This document shows positions 40,597 through 50,140 of a stretch of 64,000 nt of DNA, in pieces. The translations under genes and the position numbers were made by a program. This DNA is from Candidatus Bathyarchaeota archaeon (GTDB taxonomy: Archaea; Thermoproteota; Bathyarchaeia; Bathyarchaeales; Bathycorpusculaceae). The stretch lies in NCBI GenBank assembly GCA_963832745.1, contig CAWHVC010000005.1, positions 256,001 to 320,000 of the forward strand, given 5' to 3'. The number at the start of each line of letters is the position of its first letter. Within the stretch, counting starts at the first letter, position 1. The notes below the pieces were generated by a model that did no database searches, was not told the DNA's origin, and worked only from the letters and a program-made list of their open reading frames with translations.

Positions 40597-41958
40597 ATGG
40601 AAAAGTTTGACGCAATAGTAGTAGGATCAGGAACAGCAGGCTGCCTCGCAGCAAAAACAATCGCTGAATCCGGCCTAAAAGTATGCATAGTGGAAAAAAG
40701 TAAGCGTGAGGACATAGGCGAAAAAATCTGCGGAGACGCCCTAGGCGAACACCACCTCACATTTTTGGGGCTTGAAAAACCCAACGGTGGCGAATTAGAA
40801 GCAAAAATCGACGGCATGAAAATCTATTCACCAGACGAAAACACTGTCTTCACCATCGCAGACAAAGACTTTAAAGGCTTCATCCTTAACAGGCGCCTAT
40901 TCGGTCAATGGCTACTCAAGAAAGCAACCGATAACGGAACAGTCTTGAAGGACACCACGAATTTCCGTTCACCTATAATCGAGAAAGGTGCCGTTGTAGG
41001 CATAACAGCCAAGAACATGAAGACCGGTGAAGTCTCCGAGATGCGCAGTAAAGTCGTCGTTGATGCATCGGGCTATTTTGCTATGGTACGCAAGCAGCTC
41101 CCAACCGAGTTAGGCATAGATCGTGATATAGCTAAAGAAGATGTTGAAGCATGTTACCGTGAAATTCGTCAACTTAAGCAAGAATCAGATAACACTCGAT
41201 ACTGCGAAATTTACTTAAATCAGAAAGCATCACCAGGCGGTTACATCTGGATTTTCCCTAAAGGCGGTGCACGTGTAAACGTCGGGATCGGCGCTTGCAT
41301 GCGTCCAAACTATCCTAACCCCAAAGAACAACTCTACAAAACCGCCTTCAAGAAGCCAATGTTCGACGGTTCACTGTTATTAACAGGCGGGGCATGGTTT
41401 GATCCCGTCCGAAGACCACTTGATAACATGGTTGGCAACGGAGTTGTCATAGTCGGCGACGCAGCATCCTTAGTTAATCCAATTCATGGCGGCGGCATCG
41501 GTCCCTCAATGCTCAGTGGACATTTTGCAGGCAAACAAATCATTGAAGCCCTCGGTAAAGGTGAACCAACTAAAGAGGCGCTGTGGGGTTACAACAAGAA
41601 ATACATTGATACTTACGGCAAGAAACAAGGAGCATTGGACATTTTCAAGCTGTTCCTGCTCTCATGCAGCGATGAAGACTTAAACTATGGCATGAACCAG
41701 AAACTCATGACTGAAGACGACGTACTTAAAGCAGGCATGGGCGACGATTTCCACTTAAACATTACCGAAACCGCAAAACGTGTATTCAAAGGCATACGAC
41801 GCATAAGCTTCCTCAACAAGCTACACTCAACTGTCAGTATGATGAAAGAGCTCGGTGCACACTACAACACATACCCGTCAACTCCAGTCGGCTTTGAAGC
41901 GTGGAGAGACCAAACAGTCGACATCCTCGGGCAAGCCAAAAAGAAACTCGTCGAATAA
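40597..41958 (+). CDS. Geranylgeranyl reductase family (digeranylgeranylglycerophospholipid reductase-like)
   Basis: GSGTAG, KICGDA, PGGYIWIFPK and VGDAA..NPIHGGGI. Confidence 0.9.
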   Translation: MEKFDAIVVGSGTAGCLAAKTIAESGLKVCIVEKSKREDIGEKICGDALGEHHLTFLGLEKPNGGELEAKIDGMKIYSPDENTVFTIADKDFKGFILNRRLFGQWLLKKATDNGTVLKDTTNFRSPIIEKGAVVGITAKNMKTGEVSEMRSKVVVDASGYFAMVRKQLPTELGIDRDIAKEDVEACYREIRQLKQESDNTRYCEIYLNQKASPGGYIWIFPKGGARVNVGIGACMRPNYPNPKEQLYKTAFKKPMFDGSLLLTGGAWFDPVRRPLDNMVGNGVVIVGDAASLVNPIHGGGIGPSMLSGHFAGKQIIEALGKGEPTKEALWGYNKKYIDTYGKKQGALDIFKLFLLSCSDEDLNYGMNQKLMTEDDVLKAGMGDDFHLNITETAKRVFKGIRRISFLNKLHSTVSMMKELGAHYNTYPSTPVGFEAWRDQTVDILGQAKKKLVE

Positions 41959-42042
41959 TTATGTTAAGCGGTTTTTACGCCGCTTTAAAATTTTTATTTT
42001 TTATCTAACGCCAAAATTAACATAAAAAAAGATGCAAAAATT

Positions 42043-42366
42043 TTATCGCACCATGCGATGGTTTTCTTGTGAACTCATTGAACGCCTATACGCGGTTTGC
42101 TTCTGCATTTGTTTGTATTCTTCATAGGTAATGTTGCTGTGTGGGTAAAGCTTCTTGAACCGCCGGTACGGCAGACGCATATCAAGTTCCATCTGTTGAC
42201 TAAACTGGCCAGGCACATAACGTTGGTGTATTGGGGCGGTTTGGTACTTGCTCGGGGCGGCTTTTGTTCTGCTTCTGGATGAATTTAGGATCATTAAAGC
42301 AATGATTATTGCGATTACCCCAATGAAGAGAAGGGGTATGATGGCAATAATTGGGATTGCTGCCAA
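42043..42366 (-). CDS. Small single-TM hypothetical protein
   Basis: N-terminal TM helix and basic tail; third gene of the nfeD-SPFH operon. Confidence 0.65.
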   Translation of the reverse strand: MAAIPIIAIIPLLFIGVIAIIIALMILNSSRSRTKAAPSKYQTAPIHQRYVPGQFSQQMELDMRLPYRRFKKLYPHSNITYEEYKQMQKQTAYRRSMSSQENHRMVR

Positions 42367-42381
42367 GGTTTAGATCCCCTA

Positions 42382-43308
42382 CTACTTGCTTGAAGACGCC
42401 TGTTTCTGCTCTGTCTTTATCGGCACCACTGAAGCACCATCCAAGCCCAACACGTTTAAGACGTCGGCATTTGATGGCACAATTACTTTAGTTTGCTGCG
42501 CGAAAGTGTCACGGATTACATCAAGCTTCTTGTTGAGCTGCGCATTTTCCTTGAAATAACTGTTTGCTGCTTCTGAAACGGCTTTGATTGCTTTTGCCTG
42601 TGCATCTGCAACTAGTTCAACTGCTTTGGCTTGGCCTTCAGCGCTCAAGATTGCTGATTGTTTTTCACCTTGCGCTTTAAGGATGGCCCCTTGTTTCTCT
42701 TGTTCGGCAGCTTCTTTTCGACCTGTAGCTAGTAAGCGTAGTTGGCGTCTTTCTTGTTCTGCAGTTTTTTGTTTATGCATGGCTGTCTGAATGTCTTGTG
42801 GCGGGTCGATTCTTTGAAGTTCGATGCGGTTGACTTTTGTGCCCCATTTGTCGGTGGCTTGATCAAGGACACTTCTTAATTCAACATTAATTTTTTCTCT
42901 TGAAGTTAGGCATACGTCAAGGCTCATTTCACCTACAATGTTTCGAAGCGTTGTCTGGGCCAATTTGACTATGGCAAGTTCGAAGTCTTCAATTTCGTAC
43001 AGGGCGCGTCTTGCGTCGATGACTTGGTAGTAGATTACTGCGTCGATTGTGACCACTACGTTGTCTTCGGTGATGATTTCTTGAGGTGGAACATCTATGA
43101 CTTGCTCACGCATGTTAACTCGATATAGTCTTTCAACAAAGGGCACGATGACTCGTAAGCCCGGTTCAACTGTTTTTTCGTAAGCGTTGAATCTTTCGAC
43201 TAGTCCTTTCTCGTACTGATTGACTTTTTTTAGGGACATTATGAACAGGATTATGATAATTACAGCTATTATTGCGATTATGATTAACGCGGTTTCTAGT
43301 TCGTACAT
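42382..43308 (-). CDS. SPFH/band 7 (stomatin-like) protein
   Basis: DVPPQEIITEDNV, LAQTTLRNIVG and WGTKVNRIEL, followed by an AEG coiled coil. Confidence 0.93.
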   Translation of the reverse strand: MYELETALIIIAIIAVIIIILFIMSLKKVNQYEKGLVERFNAYEKTVEPGLRVIVPFVERLYRVNMREQVIDVPPQEIITEDNVVVTIDAVIYYQVIDARRALYEIEDFELAIVKLAQTTLRNIVGEMSLDVCLTSREKINVELRSVLDQATDKWGTKVNRIELQRIDPPQDIQTAMHKQKTAEQERRQLRLLATGRKEAAEQEKQGAILKAQGEKQSAILSAEGQAKAVELVADAQAKAIKAVSEAANSYFKENAQLNKKLDVIRDTFAQQTKVIVPSNADVLNVLGLDGASVVPIKTEQKQASSSK

Positions 43309-43763
43309 TTTTCTTCGTTTACTCCTTCAACTATAAGGCTAACCCCTTCCACGCGAATCACCCTAACCTTTGAACCCTCCTTAATTACACTACAGTCATC
43401 TGCGGGTTTAGCAAGCCAAATATCCCCTCCAAGCTTAACTACACCGCCATCCAAGGGGTCAATATCAGTTTTTGCAATGGTTTCTTTCCCAACCAGCGCG
43501 TCAGAGTTTGTACGTAGCAGGCTAACGTTGAATTTGTCGAGCAAGCCGCCGCCCCGCATTTCTTCGATGTTGTAGGTGGCGTCTTTTATGTGGTTTAGGC
43601 GTCGGATGAATTCGCCGAATTCTTCGCCGTTTAGGTCTACTTCCAGTAGGTAGCCGTTTGGTCGCCGGTTGAGTTTGTAGGTCATGTGGTATTTTTCGCT
43701 GAATTTTGAGAGCATTTGTGCGAGTTTTAGTTCGTCGGCTTTTACGTTGAGGGTGACTTTCAT
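43296..43763 (-). CDS. NfeD-like OB-fold protein
   Basis: C-terminal LVGK..GVVKLGGDIWLA..GSKVRVIRVEGVSLIVE; overlaps the SPFH gene start. Confidence 0.8.
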   Translation of the reverse strand: MKVTLNVKADELKLAQMLSKFSEKYHMTYKLNRRPNGYLLEVDLNGEEFGEFIRRLNHIKDATYNIEEMRGGGLLDKFNVSLLRTNSDALVGKETIAKTDIDPLDGGVVKLGGDIWLAKPADDCSVIKEGSKVRVIRVEGVSLIVEGVNEEKCTN

Positions 43764-43872
43764 GGGTATTGCCTGTGCTTGATAGGTATTAACGATTATT
43801 TAAATTTATTTATAATTATCGTGTCACATTGATGTGTATTGATTAAGAAAAAATGAGATCAACCTACCTCAT

Positions 43873-43960
43873 AAAAAACCAACCTATTTGCAGTCTATTT
43901 AGATCCTATTAGAAATGGTCATGCAGAAACCTATAGAGGGTAGATCAATATTGACCTAAA
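43873..43960 (+). repeat. Dispersed element copy C, left arm
   Basis: CCAACCTATTTGCAGTCTATTTAGATCCTATTAGAAATGGTCATGCAGAAACCTAT is nearly identical to the reverse complement of 54500-54554. Confidence 0.85.
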
Positions 43961-43961
43961 A

Positions 43962-44764
43962 TCAACCCATAAAGCGACCTTTTGATTTAACCACAAACAC
44001 TGCTAGAAGCGCAACCACAAACAAGGGCAATATAGTGATGACAGAAAACTCTGGAACCGACGGAGCGGAGGTGACTGTCATGTCAGGTGTTTGAGTTGCT
44101 GTTGGAGTTGTGTCCGTGTTGAGTAAAGTTGTTACCGTGCCATCTGACAAGTTTATCGTTTGGGTGTTGCTCCAATCACTCGATTTACCATGGAAGGAGT
44201 ATTGGACAAATGCGATTTGGATATGTGATTCGTGGGTTTCAGTAGTGTAGCCTTCTAATGCTTGAACTTGGAAATCCATTTGTCCATTATTTGGCGACAA
44301 CTTATAGACTATCGTCGTATATTGAGCAGAATAATCTTAATTGCATATCCATATTTAATGTAAGTACTTGATTCTCCATACCATACCCACTGCGTTTGTC
44401 CACGAAACATAGTGATCCAGTCCTCACCATATGAGCCTTTATATCTAACATCAAAAAAGCGGTTTATCGTGTGTCCACTTGAGTCATTAAATGGTGTAAA
44501 CGGCTGGTTCTTAATTGTGATCTCAACCGTTCTGTTATCAATATGTTCTCCATATTGGGTGACAATTGTTTCTCCTGTGTATTGATCAATACCGTAGGTT
44601 GGAGGAATATCAAGTGAGTAGTCAACATATTTTATGGTAAATTCGGGTACAGAAGGTTTAGTTACTGTTTGGGCGTTTGCAGAGCCTATGATTGGCAAAA
44701 TCAGACATACAAGAATAATAATTAGGGAGGCAAGTAGCGCTTGAGTTTTCCCTGTCTTGTTCAT
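43962..44764 (-). CDS. Secreted surface protein with PEF-CTERM-like sorting signal (frameshift near 44300-44340)
   Basis: Signal peptide and KPSVPEFT N-terminal domain (44309-44779), then DFQVQALEG..SDWSNTQTI, a Thr-rich linker, VPEF, a TM helix and a basic tail (43962-44300). Confidence 0.75.
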
Positions 44765-44801
44765 ACTTAAAGTGGGCAAGGGGCGTCGATAAAAGCGTTG
44801 C

Positions 44802-44843
44802 AGTAAGGCTTTGTTGACTAACTCAAGTCAAAAATTCTTTACT
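44802..44843. promoter_or_regulatory. Second pair of AGTCAA-N6-TTGACT operator-like sites
   Basis: AGTAAGgctttgTTGACT (44802-44819) and AGTCAAaaattcTTTACT (44826-44843), upstream of the surface-protein gene. Confidence 0.6.
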
Positions 44844-44856
44844 AACCGTTTTGCTT

Positions 44857-44943
44857 GGAAATCCTAAGAGGGGTAGGTCGTATTGGCGGAAAAAGCAGCC
44901 ATTAACATGTTGAAAACCAGTGTTTATTTCGGAAAAATGTTGG
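44857..44943 (+). repeat. Dispersed element copy C, right arm
   Basis: GAAATCCTAAGAGGGGTAGGTC..TTGG..GAAAA..CATTAACATGTTGAAAACCAGT..CGGAA..TTGG aligns with 1335-1420. Confidence 0.85.
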
Positions 44944-45023
44944 CGTGGCATCTATCGAAAATTGCTGTGGTGGGCTAATGCTTTTTTATATGGGAGACTT
45001 GTTGTGTTGTTTAGGTTTAATCT

Positions 45024-46652
45024 TTGAGTTTCGAAATTAAAGAGAAAGATTTGCTTGGTAGAATTGGCAAACTTAAAACTAAAAGCGGCACAATTGAAAC
45101 TCCGCTTCTGTTCCCAGTCATCAACCCATCCCTGCAGCCGATTCCGCCACAACGGCTAAAGGACGTTTTCGGTTTCGAAGCCGTAATCACAAACGCTTAC
45201 ATCCTAAAGAAACGATTCCAAAACAAGCCAATCGAGTAGGGCTTGCACAAGTTCCTCAATTTCAACGGTGCAACAATGACTGACTCTGGCGCTTACCAAA
45301 TCCTTGTTTACGGCGACGTAGAATACAACCAAAAAGAAATCGTTGCCTATGAGGAAAGCATCGGCACCGACATCGCAACTATCCTAGACATTCCCACAGG
45401 TTGGCGTGTAACCAAAGAACAAGCCGAAGTCACCGTTGCCGAAACACACCGTCGAGCCAAAGAATTCTTCAAACTCAAAACCCGAGACGACATCCTCTGG
45501 GTAGGCCCCGTACAAGGCGGAAAACACTTAGACCTTGTCGCATCCAGCGCCAAAGAAATGGGTAGCCTTCCATTCAACATCCACGCACTTGGCAGCCCAA
45601 CTGAAGTAATGGAAAACTACCGTTATGACGTCTTAGCAGAAATGATTTTAACCTGCAAAAAGGGTATCCCAATCGAGCGCCCCCTGCATCTCTTCGGCGC
45701 AGGCCATCCATCAATGTTCGCCATCGCAGTTGCACTGGGCTGTGACCTCTTCGACTCAGCCGCTTATGCCCTTTATGCTCGTGAAGGTCGTTACATGACC
45801 GAAAATGGTACATGGCGGCTCCCCGAAATGGACTATTTCCCATGCACATGCCCAAAATGCGTAACTGAAACTCCAAAAACATTGATGGCTAAACCGGATA
45901 AAGAACGTGAAATCTTCCTTGCCGAACACAACCTGTGGGTCTGCATGGCAGAACTCAAACGAATCAAACAAGCAATCCGTGACGGTAGGCTTTGGGAACT
46001 AACCGAAATGCGCGTACACGCACACCCAGCTCTGCTGTCAGCCCTCAAAAGACTCAAAGGACATGCAGACTTCCTTGAAACATACAGTCCAACAATCAAA
46101 AGCAGCGGCTTCTTCTACTTCGACTCAGTTGGGCTTGCAAGACCAGAAATCACCCACTACAAAAACCAACTATTCAAAAATTACGCGCCACCTGCAAACG
46201 CCAAAACCTTGTTACTGTTGCCACAGACTAGAAACAAGCCGTTCCATAAAGCGCCAGAAATGAAGAAAATTCGCCAACTCCTAAGGCTTCTCGGACCAGA
46301 AATTGCTGACAAAGTTCACGTTGCCGTTTTCTGTGCACCGTTTGGCGTTGTGCCACTTGAGCTTGACGAAATTTACCCGTTGTCGCAGCATGAAGCAGCA
46401 TTGCCGCTTGACAGGGAAACCATCGCTTACGTTGCGGGTCAAGCAGCTGAATACATTAAGCAGATGCCTTACAGCAGCGTGACAATGCTTAATGACGCTA
46501 AACTTTGGAAAACCCATGTTGAAAAAGCTGTTCAAGTCGCTTGCGAAGAGAAAGCCGTAGCTTTCGAGGCTGTTCAAGCAAACACTGGTGAAAGCAGCAA
46601 AAAACTTGTCGCGAACCTTGAAGCTGCACTGCGAAAACAATTAAGCAGTTAA
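45024..46652 (+). CDS. tgtA: tRNA-guanine(15) transglycosylase (archaeosine TGT), interrupted by an in-frame TAG at 45237-45239
   Basis: [48 protein letters not shown] and CTCPKC. The two ORFs share one frame across a single TAG. Confidence 0.9.
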
Positions 46653-46719
46653 CCTTTTCCCTTTTCAAGTTTCCCTTTATGGGAACAATTCTTTTTTAGT
46701 CAGCAGCAATAATCTTAAA

Positions 46720-47355
46720 ATGCAAACTGCAGGAGACCCAAAATAGCCCCTTTATACGCTGATTTTCATATTCACACGGTTTACTCTTCCGATAGCCTAA
46801 TCCAGCCTAAAACGTTGGTAGACATGCTTTTGGCGCATAATTACATTAAAGTTGCAGCCGTAACTGACCATGACTCAGTTAGAGCAAACAAAGCAACCAT
46901 GGCGTTGGCATCCGCTTACCCCGACATCCTAATTATTCCAGGCGTAGAAGTCAGCACAACAGCCGGAGACATGCTGGTTTTAGGTACCGATGAGTTACCG
47001 CCTAAACCATGGAACCCGCAGGACGTGGCGGATTATGCAAAATCTATAGGTGCAGTCTCCATTGTGGCGCATCCTTACAGGCTTTATGGAATGGGCGACA
47101 TTGCAAGAAACCTAAAAGTGGATGCTATTGAAGTTTTAAACGGCGGTTCCAGTGATGGAAGCGAACAGGCAAGCTAAGGAGATGGCTAAACAAGTCGGTT
47201 TACCAGGCACCGCAGGTAGCGATGCTCATCAAATTTCTGAGCTTTTCAGCGTATGCACACAAGTCCAAGCAGACCTAAACGTTGACAGCGTGCTAGGCGC
47301 TATCAGAAAAGGTTTGATATCTGCTCAGCAAGCTATGAGGTCAATACGTTTTTAA
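46720..47355 (+). CDS. PHP-domain metal-dependent phosphoesterase (frameshifted)
   Basis: ADFHIHT upstream in frame; VTDHD, PGVEVST, AHPY and GSDAH spread over two frames. Confidence 0.85.
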
Positions 47356-47407
47356 AACACTATTTGCCTCATGAATAGCAGTATACAATAAAATAGGATG
47401 TCCTGAT

Positions 47408-48661
47408 TTGCAAGTTAGCTTTTTAGGCGGAGCTAGAGAAGTTGGCAGAATGGGAATCCACGTAAAGACCGCTAAAACGCAGGTCGTGATAGATTACGGT
47501 GTCATGCTTGACCGTGAACCCGGGTTTCCCATGCATGTTCCCCCGAAAGATTTAGACGCAGTCATCTTAACTCACAGTCACCTAGACCATTCCGGCGCTA
47601 TTCCGATTTTCTATATTAACGACAAAAAACCGCTTTACACCAACCAGCTTAACCTTGAACTAACACAGGTTTTAATTCAAGACTTTATCCACCTGTCCAG
47701 CTACTATTTGCCTTTTGAATATCTGGAACTTAAAAGCATGATGAAAAACAGTCATCACCTCAACTTTGGGCAACAGGAACAGGTTGGCGACATGAAAGTC
47801 AACTTATATAACGCTGGGCATACCCCGGGAAGCGCTCAAGTCTTAATTGACGGCGATAAAAAAATTCTTTACACAGGCGACTTTAACACTGAAGACAGCA
47901 AACTCTTGAAAGGCGCCAAAATGGATTACAAAGACTTAGACGCCATAGTCATCGAAAGCACCTACGCAAACGCCGACCACACACCAAGACCTGAACTGGA
48001 AAAAGAGTTTGTTGACACCGCAACTGAGACTGTGGAACGTGGTGGAACCGTTTTGATTCCAGCTTTTGGTGTGGGACGCGCCCAAGAAATTGCTTCAGTC
48101 TTAGTTGCTAACCATTTTGAGTATCCAATCGTTTTTGATGGTATGGCACGGGAAGCAAGCAGAATCATACTGAATTACAAAGAGTTTCTGCGTGACCCCA
48201 AACTCTTCGCAAACACCATGAACTCTGTTGAATGGGTCGAAGGTTGGCGAGACCGGCGCCGAGCACTTAGAACGCCCAGCGTAATTGTTTCTCCCGCAGG
48301 CATGCTAAAGGGCGGTCCATCACAGTTTTACCTCTCAAAAGTCGGCAAAAAAGCAAACAACGCAATCTTCCTTGTCAGCTACCAAATACCCGGAACACCC
48401 GGCAGACAACTAATGGAAAAAGGCGTAACCACAATCGACGGAAAAGTCAGAAAAATAAAAGCACACTTCCAACATTTTGACTTTTCATCCCACTGCGGAG
48501 CAACCATGCTTAAAGAATCCTTAAAAATGCTTGGCGGAAACCCCAAAGTCTTTGTTGTCCACGGCGCAGAAGGAAACTGCGAGTTGCTGGCTAACTGGGC
48601 TAAAACCGAACTGGGATTAGATGCATTAGCACCAAGAACAGGAGAATCCTTCCAAATCTAA
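47408..48661 (+). CDS. Beta-CASP MBL-fold ribonuclease (aCPSF2-like)
   Basis: FLGGAREVGR, THSHLDH, AGHTPGS, YTGD, ESTY, PAFGVGRAQE, FSSH and VHG motifs. Confidence 0.9.
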   Translation: MQVSFLGGAREVGRMGIHVKTAKTQVVIDYGVMLDREPGFPMHVPPKDLDAVILTHSHLDHSGAIPIFYINDKKPLYTNQLNLELTQVLIQDFIHLSSYYLPFEYLELKSMMKNSHHLNFGQQEQVGDMKVNLYNAGHTPGSAQVLIDGDKKILYTGDFNTEDSKLLKGAKMDYKDLDAIVIESTYANADHTPRPELEKEFVDTATETVERGGTVLIPAFGVGRAQEIASVLVANHFEYPIVFDGMAREASRIILNYKEFLRDPKLFANTMNSVEWVEGWRDRRRALRTPSVIVSPAGMLKGGPSQFYLSKVGKKANNAIFLVSYQIPGTPGRQLMEKGVTTIDGKVRKIKAHFQHFDFSSHCGATMLKESLKMLGGNPKVFVVHGAEGNCELLANWAKTELGLDALAPRTGESFQI

Positions 48662-48663
48662 AG

Positions 48664-49224
48664 GTGGGCGCCATGAAAATTGGGCTCTTGCCAGTAGGGC
48701 AAGTAAACCACACCTTTCTTTCTGCACTTTGTAAAAAATTAACCAACATCTTTTCTGATTTAATATGCACTGTTATCAACGAAAGCGGGGCATTGACAGA
48801 ACAAGCCTTTGATAAAAAACGAGGTCAATACGATTCTAACGTTATCCTTAACCAAATCCAGTTTTACGCTGAACAGCAAGACATGTTTGAGCGAGTGCTT
48901 GGAGTGGTTGATGTTGACTTATTTGTTCAGGATTTGAATTATGTTTTTGGTGAAGCTTACACACCGGGGAAGGCTGCGTTGATTTCATTGTTTAGGCTTA
49001 GGCCAGAATTTTATGGTCAACCTTCGGATGAGAAGCTTTTTTTGGAGAGAACGCTTAAGGAGGCAGTGCATGAACTGGGACACACGTTAGGGTTGAATCA
49101 TTGTCCAAATCAAACCTGTATCATGCATTTTTCCAACTCGATAACCGACACGGATAAAAAACAAACCTTATTCTGTAACCAATGTATCATACAAAAGGAA
49201 GTAGCTGCTAAACACCTAAGGTAG
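48664..49224 (+). CDS. Archaemetzincin Zn metalloprotease
   Basis: LNYVFGEA and KEAVHELGHTLGLNHC..CIMHFSNS..D.K..FC..C. Confidence 0.92.
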   Translation: MGAMKIGLLPVGQVNHTFLSALCKKLTNIFSDLICTVINESGALTEQAFDKKRGQYDSNVILNQIQFYAEQQDMFERVLGVVDVDLFVQDLNYVFGEAYTPGKAALISLFRLRPEFYGQPSDEKLFLERTLKEAVHELGHTLGLNHCPNQTCIMHFSNSITDTDKKQTLFCNQCIIQKEVAAKHLR

Positions 49225-49230
49225 AAAGCT

Positions 49231-50091
49231 GTGACGTCCGAAGAAACAAAATTTAAAGTTAGCTTAGTTTACTTTGGTTCCGGTACTGGCAAGTTTAATC
49301 TTCGGTTTAGGCTGCGCCTGGTTGCTTAAACCACAACAAGCAGAGTTATTCCAGTTACACCATTTCCAGACAACACAGCTTCAGGACCATTTCGGCAACG
49401 CAATTTACTTTGTAATTTTAGTGGCTATAAGCGCTTTCGTGTTTTATTTTTTGCTTAAACGAAAGAACGTCAAAATCATCAAAGGCTTAATCTTCATTGC
49501 AATGACGACAGCTTCAATGCTGCTTTCACTGGTTTATCATTTCAGCACTTTTACCATCATCTACCTTTTACAGTGACATTATTAGTAATTGCATTATCAA
49601 TTTTGATAACGGTACTATTTGATTTAGCCATATTCAGGTACACTAAAGCCAGAAACATAGTAGTCATAGGTTTAGGTGGCGCTTTGGGAGTATTCTTTGG
49701 ATTTCTCAATTCCCCTATACAGCGCCATTGCGATACTAATGCTTTCCTCGCAGTATATGACATAATCGCGGTTTACCGTGGACCAGTTGGAAAAATTGCT
49801 GAGTCAGGACTTGACCAACTTAGCGGATTAAGTTACGCCTTTAAAGATATTCAAATGGGCCTTGGCGACTTAGTCTTCTATTCAATGCTTGCAGGCGCCA
49901 TGTTCTTTAGTTTCCCAAGCAGCATTCTGCCAACCGCAATGTCAATTGTAGGCATCTGTGTGGGTTCAATAATTACTTTGTTTATGCTTGAGAAAAAAGG
50001 TATTTTTCCAGGGTTGCCCTTTCCGATTGTGCTGGGATTAGCACTTGGATTAATTACCGCAGGCGTATTTTTACAATTACCCCTGTTTTAG
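49231..50091 (+). CDS. Presenilin/SPP family intramembrane aspartyl protease (frameshifted)
   Basis: AVYDIIAV and GLGDLVFY catalytic motifs plus PGLPFP; the N-terminal TM segments lie in other frames. Confidence 0.82.
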
Positions 50092-50140
50092 GTTACTCTT
50101 ATAATTGACGCATAACTTTTTTGAAAAAAAGAAAGAAAAA

